Origin: a candidate division FCPU426 bacterium
GTDB taxonomy: Bacteria > Oederibacteriota > Muellerivitia > Muellerivitales > Muellerivitaceae
Assembly: GCA_003136635.1 (NCBI GenBank)
Contig: PLFD01000013.1
Coordinates: 54,196-118,195 of the forward strand
Reading direction: 5' to 3'
Length of the DNA: 64,000 nt
Part shown: one piece after another, positions 57,747 through 64,000 of the stretch
Numbering within the stretch: position 1 is the first letter of the stretch
How the letters are laid out: each line of letters starts with the position of its first letter
Notes under the pieces: generated by a model
Database searches by the model: none
The model's input: only the letters and a program-made list of their open reading frames with translations
Told to the model about the DNA's origin: nothing
Position numbers and translations under genes: made by a program

Positions 57747-59011
57747 AAATTGCCTCCCAGGGAACGTGATACCACGACGGCCGATTTCACCGCGTCCTCA
57801 TGAAAGCCGTACCCAAAATAACTGCCGCAAAAATAAGTGTTCCGCGTTCCATTCAAACCGGGGAGAGAACTTTGGGTTTTAACCGACGCCAGGGTGTAAC
57901 TGGGATGGGTGTAGTTGAACTCCCGAAGGATGGAAGCGGGTTCTATGGCCGTGGCGCGGTTGAGGGTCACCCAATAGCGTTTTTGGGTTTTGAACCCCTG
58001 GAGGCGGTTCATGTCGTAAGTGAGGGAGGTTTTGCCCTGGGGCCCGGAGCCCGCCTCCCGGGTGTAATTCCAGGAAGCCCAGGCGGCTCGGTAGGGAGGC
58101 ATGACGGAGATATCCGTATGTAAAACCGTGTGATTTTTTTGATACTGCCAGGGCGAAAGCAGCCTCTTTTCCTCCGCCGAAGGATCTTGCAAGAGGGCCA
58201 GGGCTTCATCCGCGTGGACGGCCACAATCACTTTGTCGAACTGTTCCGGCGGCTGATCGCGAAATTGAATTTTGACCGAGTTGGAAAGCCGGGCGATGGA
58301 GACACTGGATTGGTTGGTTTTCACGGTTCCTTTAAAGGATTTGAGGAAAGCCCTGATATAGGTATGAGACCCCCCCACCACCGTCTGCCATTGGGGCCGG
58401 TCGGATAAATCGAGCAGCCCGTGGTTTTTGAAAAAACTTAAAAAAGATTCGGTGGGAAAATCCCCAATCTCGCCCGGCGGGGTGGACCAAATGGCCGACC
58501 CCATGGGCAGAAGGTAATCATTGATCATGTTTTGAGAAAACTTTTTCGCCGACAGGTATTTTCCCAAAGTGGCTTCGTAACCGCCATGGCCCAGATCACT
58601 CTCCCCTTCTTTCCCGAAACGCCGAATATCCCAAAGCATCCGGTAAAAAGCGGGTTTGAGGATGTTTTTGGGTTGTGCAAAAATTCCATTCAGATTGTTT
58701 CCGGCATAACATAGGGCGGTGCTTTCATCGTAAAAACCGAAAGACATGTCGCTGGAACGGATGGGTACCTGGAGCCGGGAAAGAAACTGGGTGAAATTGG
58801 GGTAGGTTCGGTCATTAAGAACAATGAATCCCGTATCCACCGCTGATCCCTCGTCGGGACCCTGGTCGATGACAATAGTATGGGTATGGCCACCCACATA
58901 ATCATTTTTCTCGAATAGGGTTACATCGTGAGTGTCCTGAAGAAGAAAGGCGGACACCACTCCGGACACCCCGCCTCCGACCACCGCGATTTTTAATCTG
59001 GGACTGGGCAT
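57743..59011 (-). CDS. FAD-dependent oxidoreductase (amine-oxidase-like)
   Basis: A GxGxxG motif (IAVVGGGVSGV) in a roughly 420-aa protein. Its start overlaps the downstream gene (ATGA). Confidence 0.75.
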   Translation of the reverse strand: MPSPRLKIAVVGGGVSGVVSAFLLQDTHDVTLFEKNDYVGGHTHTIVIDQGPDEGSAVDTGFIVLNDRTYPNFTQFLSRLQVPIRSSDMSFGFYDESTALCYAGNNLNGIFAQPKNILKPAFYRMLWDIRRFGKEGESDLGHGGYEATLGKYLSAKKFSQNMINDYLLPMGSAIWSTPPGEIGDFPTESFLSFFKNHGLLDLSDRPQWQTVVGGSHTYIRAFLKSFKGTVKTNQSSVSIARLSNSVKIQFRDQPPEQFDKVIVAVHADEALALLQDPSAEEKRLLSPWQYQKNHTVLHTDISVMPPYRAAWASWNYTREAGSGPQGKTSLTYDMNRLQGFKTQKRYWVTLNRATAIEPASILREFNYTHPSYTLASVKTQSSLPGLNGTRNTYFCGSYFGYGFHEDAVKSAVVVSRSLGGNL

Positions 59012-59014
59012 GGG

Positions 59015-59314
59015 TTATTTCTTTCCCGGAGGATTTTCCTTGGCCGCGCGGGCCAATAATTCTTTGAGCTGTTTTTTTTCTTTGTGGGGAAGCTTGAGTT
59101 TTTGGACTTCTTTGAGTTGAAGCGCTGGTTCACCGGCCCGGCCGGCCAATTCCCGCATCATCTGGATTTGTTGTAGATAATTTTCACAGTCTTTTCCCCC
59201 GACGTACTGGCAGAGGAAAAGGTGAATCTTGACTTTGAGTTTTTCATAGGGCGAAAGGGGCTGCTCGAAAGACTTGGAGATGAGGGCCGAGGCGGTTTTG
59301 CAGGGAACGATCAT
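59015..59314 (-). CDS. Putative anti-sigma factor (zf-HC2-like Cys/His motif)
   Basis: A 99-aa protein with C...H-x3-C...C (CKTASALISKSFEQPLSPYEKLKVKIHLFLCQYVGGKDC). Its ATG overlaps the sigma-factor stop (ATGA). Confidence 0.55.
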   Translation of the reverse strand: MIVPCKTASALISKSFEQPLSPYEKLKVKIHLFLCQYVGGKDCENYLQQIQMMRELAGRAGEPALQLKEVQKLKLPHKEKKQLKELLARAAKENPPGKK

Positions 59315-59913
59315 TTTTCCGGCTTCTTTCCGGTCGGTTCCTCCTTTCCGGGGGTCCCAAACCATTTCACTTCCAGACATTTTCGAAGACGCAGTCTTGC
59401 CCGATGCATCATCACTACCAGATTAGTCGGTGAAATTTGGAAAACATTACACACTTCATCGCTTTTAATTTGGTCGATTTCCCGCAGGGTAAAAATCTGC
59501 CGCAACCGGTCCGGCAGTTCCCGGACGCAGCGCTGGAATACGGCTAAAAGCTCTTTGTTTTCAAGAGTTTTGGAGGGAAGCTGACCCCAGCTTTGAGGAT
59601 GGTCTTTCCACGGACCGCTTTTTTGAAAAAAGCGGTCGATTTCCTCCCCGGGATGAGACTGGAGGGAGACTTCGGTTTTACTTTTCTGGTTTCCCCGGAA
59701 GTGGTCGAGGATTTTGAACTTGAGTATTCCGATCAGCCAGGTTCTTTCGGAAGACTTTCCTTTAAATTGGCTGGAACTTTTAAGGGCGGCCAAAAAGGTT
59801 TCCTGCACCAGTTCGGACGCCGTCTCGGGGTTGCCGACCCTCATCATGGCGAAACGAAAAAGGATGTCTCCATGCAGGTCCACCCATTTTTCCGGATTTA
59901 AGAGAGAAGTCAT
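59311..59913 (-). CDS. ECF (sigma-70 family group 4) RNA polymerase sigma factor
   Basis: Region 2 (ELVQETFLAALKS) and region 4 (VREL...EVCNVFQISPTNLVVMMHRARLRLR) motifs in a 200-aa protein. Confidence 0.85.
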   Translation of the reverse strand: MTSLLNPEKWVDLHGDILFRFAMMRVGNPETASELVQETFLAALKSSSQFKGKSSERTWLIGILKFKILDHFRGNQKSKTEVSLQSHPGEEIDRFFQKSGPWKDHPQSWGQLPSKTLENKELLAVFQRCVRELPDRLRQIFTLREIDQIKSDEVCNVFQISPTNLVVMMHRARLRLRKCLEVKWFGTPGKEEPTGKKPEK

Positions 59914-60056
59914 CGCGCTTTAACCAAGTTCACTTCTTAATCATATTTTGATCAACCTGTTCAGAAGAACCGGGGCAGCCTGAACCGGAAGCCCCAACCC
60001 TTAAAATCATCTTATACTTATTTTGACGGGTTAAAGACAAACAAAATGACGCTGTC

Positions 60057-60752
60057 TCATTCGTACTTGAGCCGATAGCCGACACCCGGCTCGGTGACAA
60101 TATATTTGGGCCGGTTGGGATTGGTCTCCAGTTTTTGACGCAATTGATGGATATAAAGCCGCAAATATTGGGTTTGATCGTCGCTATAAGGTCCCCATAT
60201 CTCTTTTAAGATGTGCTTTTGAGTCACCACCTTGCCCGCGTAACGAATGAGCAGGACTAAGAGGTCGTACTCATTGGGGGTCAAGTGGACTTCCTTTCCT
60301 TTGACCTTCACAATTCGTGCCGATAAGTCCACCGTAAAGTCGGGCGTTTCAAATAACGATTCCTCGGTTCCCTGTTTTAATCGTTGGGCATGGCGCAAAG
60401 CCACCTTGACCCGCGCGATCAATTCACCCATATCAAAAGGTTTGGTTAAATAATCATCCGCGCCCGCCTCCAGCCCCGCGACTTTGTCTTTTTCTTTACC
60501 ACGGGCGGTTAAAACAATAATTTGAACCTCGCTCCATTCCCGCAGACGGCGAATCACTTCAAGTCCGTCCATATCGGGCAGTCCCAAATCCAAAAGAACC
60601 ACATCGGGTTTATGCGAAGCCGCCAAAGCCAAACCCTCCTCTCCGGTCACAGCCTCAATCACCTTGAACTTGTGACTTTCCAGGGATGGTTTCAGGAAGC
60701 GCCGTATGGCCAGTTCGTCCTCGATCATCAGAACAACATCATTTTCACTCAT
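60057..60752 (-). CDS. kdpE: OmpR-family response regulator KdpE
   Basis: A receiver domain (VVLLDLGLPDMDG) and a winged-helix output domain. Its start overlaps the kdpD stop. Confidence 0.85.
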   Translation of the reverse strand: MSENDVVLMIEDELAIRRFLKPSLESHKFKVIEAVTGEEGLALAASHKPDVVLLDLGLPDMDGLEVIRRLREWSEVQIIVLTARGKEKDKVAGLEAGADDYLTKPFDMGELIARVKVALRHAQRLKQGTEESLFETPDFTVDLSARIVKVKGKEVHLTPNEYDLLVLLIRYAGKVVTQKHILKEIWGPYSDDQTQYLRLYIHQLRQKLETNPNRPKYIVTEPGVGYRLKYE

Positions 60753-63496
60753 GCTTCACCTTTGGGTATTTCTTGTTTTGACTTTAAAGGAATGGAAAAA
60801 CCAAAATTCGATCCGCCGCCCGTTCGGTTTCGGGCCCAAATAACACCGCCATGGATTTGAATAACTCCCTTACAGATCGACAAACCCAGCCCCGCTCCGC
60901 TTTTATTCGATTTTTGAGAACCCCGGTAAAATTTATCAAAAAGCCGTTCCGAATCCTCCTCCGGCACACCCGGTCCCCGGTCTTCCACTTGAACCACCAG
61001 GTCCCTGCCGTCGACTTTCGCTGAAATATCAATCGGGCTCTGATCCGGTGTGTATTTTAGGGCATTATCCAGCAAGTTGACCAAAACCTGTTCCATCAAC
61101 AGCCCATCCATTGGGACAAAAGGGAGATCGGAAGGGATTTGTATATTCAACGTCCGGCCATTTAAGTTTTTCTCAATGCGCGCGATAGCCGAGCCGATGA
61201 CTTCGCCCGGATGCAGCGATTCTTTTTGCAAAGTCACCGTACCCGATTCCAGCTTGGTCATTTCCAAAAGATTGGTGACCAAACGCTCCAACCGGTTGGT
61301 TTCATCATAAATGTTTTCTAAAAGATCCTTTTTGGTCGCCGTTCCCAAAGTTTCCTGGTTCTCCAACAGACTGCTGATCGATCCCGCGATAGCCGCCAAA
61401 GGCGTGCGTAAATCGTGGGAAACAGAACTTAAAAGGGAGCTGCGGAGCCTTTCGGTTTCCATTTCCATCTGGGTTTGATGTTCCTTCTCCATCAGTTTAT
61501 CCCCCGCCACCGCCAAAGCGGTTTGATGGGCGAACGCCTCCAATAGATGCAGCTGTTCAGGAATAAATAACCGGTCCGCCGAAGGAGGTTTGATGCCCAG
61601 GGCCCCAATAGGCTCCCCCGTGGCGATCAAGGGCGCGTAAATGGCTTCGGTACCCGGCAAAGTATCCGTGCCTCGGCCCGCCATTTGGCCCAGGTCATAA
61701 GCCCAATGGGCGACGCCCATTTCTTTGGTAGTCATGTTGAAGTCTTTAACATTGCCGCACCGCACCTGAAGTTTTCCGTGCTCATCCGGCAGTAAAGCGA
61801 TCACTGAACTCTCGAAAACTTCGGAGATGTGTTTGACCGCTATTTCCAACAGCTCTTCCGTGCCACGGGTGCTGGCCAATTCTTTCGATAAGGCGTAAAG
61901 CGCCGCGGTCCGCCGTTCCCTCAAACGGGAAACCTGGGCCTGCTGCCGGACCCGGACGGTTAAATTGCTGATCGCCACCCCCACCAAAAACATAACGAAG
62001 AAAACCAAGAAATACTGGGTATCCGAAACCGCGAAAGTAAACCGGGGAGGAACAAAAAAATAATCCAAAGCCAAAACGCTTAAAAAAGAAGCGAAAACCG
62101 AAGGCCCCAATCTCTGACGGGAAGAAATAAACAAAATACCCAAAAGGTAAACCATGATCAGATTGGACAGATCAACGAAGGAATATAACATCCAGGAAAT
62201 CCCCGTGCTTCCCGCCACGGTTAGAATTGAATAACCGTAATCTTTCCAGGAAAAAGTTGTGTTTGAAAAAAAGATTTTAACGCTCTTGGGAGCCGCAGTT
62301 TCGCCCTTGGTCGCGTAAACGTCGATTTCCCCGCTGGTGCGCAAAAGCTGGTCCACCGGCGACTGGAAAAAGAAGCTTTTCCAGGAAGAACTCATGGGCT
62401 TTCCCACGAAAATTTTAGTCACGTTTCGGGCCCTGGCGTAGGTCACGACTTCCTCGGCGAAATTGGGGCCGCTTAAGGTGGCCGTCTCCGCTCCCAGCTG
62501 TTCAGCCAATCTTAAATTTTGAATCGCCTGAACTTTATGCTGGTCTGAAACGCTGGAGAGTTGGGCCGTTTCTACCGTCACCGCGATCCAGTCCGCTCTC
62601 AGACTTTTCGCCATGCGGTGGGCCGCCCGGATCAAATTAGCGGAGGAAGGGCTGGCGCTGACGCAGACCAGAATCCGGTCCGTTGTGGGCCAGGTTTGGG
62701 CGATGGATTTATCCCGCCGGTAGACTTGGACCTGGTCATTCACCCGGTCAGCGGTCACTCTTAAAGCCATTTCCCGCAGGGCGATCAGATTGCCTTTTTT
62801 GAAAAAATTATTCACGGCCCTTTGAGCCGATTCGGGAACGTAAACCTTTCCTTCTTGCAGGCGTTTTAAAAGGTCGTCCGGCGGAAGATCGACCAGCTCA
62901 ACTTCATCGGCCGTTTCTAAAACCGAGTCCGGCAGGGTTTCCCTTACGATAACGCCCGTAATCTGGGCGACAATGTCATTCAGGCTTTCGATATGCTGAA
63001 CATTCAGTGTGGAATAAACATTGATGCCGCTATCCAGCAGTTCCTGAACATCCTGCCAGCGCTTGATATGGCGGCAGCCGTCCGCGTTCGTGTGGGCCAG
63101 CTCATCCACCAGCAAAAGACCCGGACGGCGTTTAATCGCGCCGTCCAAATCAAACTCGTGCAAATAGGTTCCCTTGTATTCCACTTCCAAGCGCGGTAAC
63201 ACCTCAAACCCCTCGGTCAAAGCGACCGTATCCTTCCGGCCATGGGTTTCTACCAGTCCGACCACGACCTCCACGCCTTCGGCCTTTTTGGCGCGGGCCG
63301 CTTCCAGCATGGCGTAGGTTTTACCCACGCCGGGCGAAGAGCCGAAAAATATCTTTAGCTTTCCCCTGTGTGATTCACGCTCCTCGGCCTGTATGCGGCT
63401 TAACAGCTCATTCGGATCAGGCCGCTTATCGCTCATATAGGGAAAGCCCTGAATGCCGTCGGGAGATTCGTGTGGATTAGGAAGTTTTTCAGTCAT
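60749..63496 (-). CDS. kdpD: Sensor histidine kinase KdpD
   Basis: 915 aa in the usual KdpD order: an N-terminal KdpD domain with Walker-like GSSPGVGKT, a USP-like domain, 4 TM helices, a GAF-like domain, then HisKA/HATPase (SHDLRTPL...). Confidence 0.9.
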   Translation of the reverse strand: MTEKLPNPHESPDGIQGFPYMSDKRPDPNELLSRIQAEERESHRGKLKIFFGSSPGVGKTYAMLEAARAKKAEGVEVVVGLVETHGRKDTVALTEGFEVLPRLEVEYKGTYLHEFDLDGAIKRRPGLLLVDELAHTNADGCRHIKRWQDVQELLDSGINVYSTLNVQHIESLNDIVAQITGVIVRETLPDSVLETADEVELVDLPPDDLLKRLQEGKVYVPESAQRAVNNFFKKGNLIALREMALRVTADRVNDQVQVYRRDKSIAQTWPTTDRILVCVSASPSSANLIRAAHRMAKSLRADWIAVTVETAQLSSVSDQHKVQAIQNLRLAEQLGAETATLSGPNFAEEVVTYARARNVTKIFVGKPMSSSWKSFFFQSPVDQLLRTSGEIDVYATKGETAAPKSVKIFFSNTTFSWKDYGYSILTVAGSTGISWMLYSFVDLSNLIMVYLLGILFISSRQRLGPSVFASFLSVLALDYFFVPPRFTFAVSDTQYFLVFFVMFLVGVAISNLTVRVRQQAQVSRLRERRTAALYALSKELASTRGTEELLEIAVKHISEVFESSVIALLPDEHGKLQVRCGNVKDFNMTTKEMGVAHWAYDLGQMAGRGTDTLPGTEAIYAPLIATGEPIGALGIKPPSADRLFIPEQLHLLEAFAHQTALAVAGDKLMEKEHQTQMEMETERLRSSLLSSVSHDLRTPLAAIAGSISSLLENQETLGTATKKDLLENIYDETNRLERLVTNLLEMTKLESGTVTLQKESLHPGEVIGSAIARIEKNLNGRTLNIQIPSDLPFVPMDGLLMEQVLVNLLDNALKYTPDQSPIDISAKVDGRDLVVQVEDRGPGVPEEDSERLFDKFYRGSQKSNKSGAGLGLSICKGVIQIHGGVIWARNRTGGGSNFGFSIPLKSKQEIPKGEA

Positions 63497-63669
63497 ACAA
63501 GGCGTCCTAAGAGGAATTAATCACGCATCATTATAGGTTTAGTTCACGCTATAAGCAGGATACCCGAAACCGTCTATGGGAAATCATTAGGATTTTATTA
63601 GGAGTAATTCGCTGAAAAAGTATAGCTGATGAGCTCGATTTGTAAGATTAGGTCAGGAATTCTGAGATT

Positions 63670-63948
63670 CTATTTTTTCTCGGCATCCGTCAATATGTAC
63701 TTCCCTGTTTTTTTGGAGCCGGTCCGTTTCATCAATCCCGCCTGGATCAAGGGATTCATGATTTTCATGGCACCCTGCTTTGTGACGCCCAAGCCGTCCC
63801 ATATTTCCTGCGGCGATAAACTGTGTTGGTCCCGCAGGAGCCCTAAAAGTCTCTCTTGTTTGGGCGTCAAAAGAATTTTCCCGGCTCCCGTTTCGCCCTT
63901 TAAACGCTGAATTCTTTCCCAAACCCGTTCCAGGGTCAAATGAACCAC
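63670..63948 (-). CDS. Small putative winged-helix DNA-binding protein
   Basis: A 92-aa ORF with a helix-turn-helix-like segment (LSPQEIWDGLGVTKQGAMKIMNPLIQAGLMKR). It sits at the window edge. Confidence 0.4.
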   Translation of the reverse strand: MVHLTLERVWERIQRLKGETGAGKILLTPKQERLLGLLRDQHSLSPQEIWDGLGVTKQGAMKIMNPLIQAGLMKRTGSKKTGKYILTDAEKK

Positions 63949-64000
63949 TTCAGCGGTATATTCCAGCCAGCCTGTCAGGTCGTCCTCTTCTTTGCGGACG

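Overview
This is a bacterial chromosomal window of roughly 50% GC, with Gram-negative features (TolC-like outer-membrane factor, RND pump, TRAP transporter, KdpDE). I found no rRNA, tRNA or CRISPR array. The window is mainly housekeeping and stress genes with a few small lower-GC insertions.

**Gene content, 5' to 3'**
- Two tandem paralogous GT-C (GT39/ArnT-PMT-like) membrane glycosyltransferases carrying a TPR-like C-terminus. Each is followed by a small partner gene, and the first copy's partner has decayed to a fragment.
- A His-rich cation-diffusion-facilitator transporter.
- An AddAB-type helicase-nuclease pair.
- IspH and a LysM lipoprotein.
- A low-GC two-gene insertion: a hypothetical protein plus a Cas4-like Fe-S PD-(D/E)XK nuclease.
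- Oligoendopeptidase F.
- An AT-rich A-tract region, a hypothetical protein, a zinc-ribbon mini-protein and DoxX.
- LipA.
- An SsuCBA-like ABC importer that ends in an inactivated IS200-fold (TnpA-like) gene.
- PncB.
- A solitary, markedly AT-rich gene whose C-terminal half aligns convincingly with the FokI cleavage domain, with no methyltransferase nearby.
- A TatT-type TRAP transporter with fused DctQM.
- A periplasmic stress trio: a Spy/CpxP-like protein and two Asr-like Lys/Ala-rich mini-proteins.
- TetR, then an outer-membrane factor and an RND pump with no membrane-fusion-protein gene, then an ABC-2 exporter.
- A third GT39-like paralog with a PA14 C-terminus.
- An MnhB-C-D-only antiporter-like module.
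- CDGSH, FecR-like, a fatty-acid desaturase, ABC-F, SEC-C/His-rich, RidA, an aldo-keto reductase, DUF421, START-like and permease-like proteins.
- An ECF-sigma/anti-sigma lipid-remodelling cluster: FAD oxidoreductase, a DUF1365-CFA-synthase fusion, a small membrane protein, DUF2062, DUF1295 and a second CFA synthase.
- KdpD-KdpE at the window edge, without kdpABC in view.

**Most interesting candidates**
- The orphan FokI-like nuclease island is the strongest candidate.
- The low-GC Cas4-like nuclease pair.
- A frameshift at a T-tract in the 5' end of glycosyltransferase paralog B, which may be phase variation, decay or sequencing error.
- The Mnh BCD-only module.
- The RND operon without a membrane fusion protein.
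- The domesticated IS200-like gene attached to the transporter operon.
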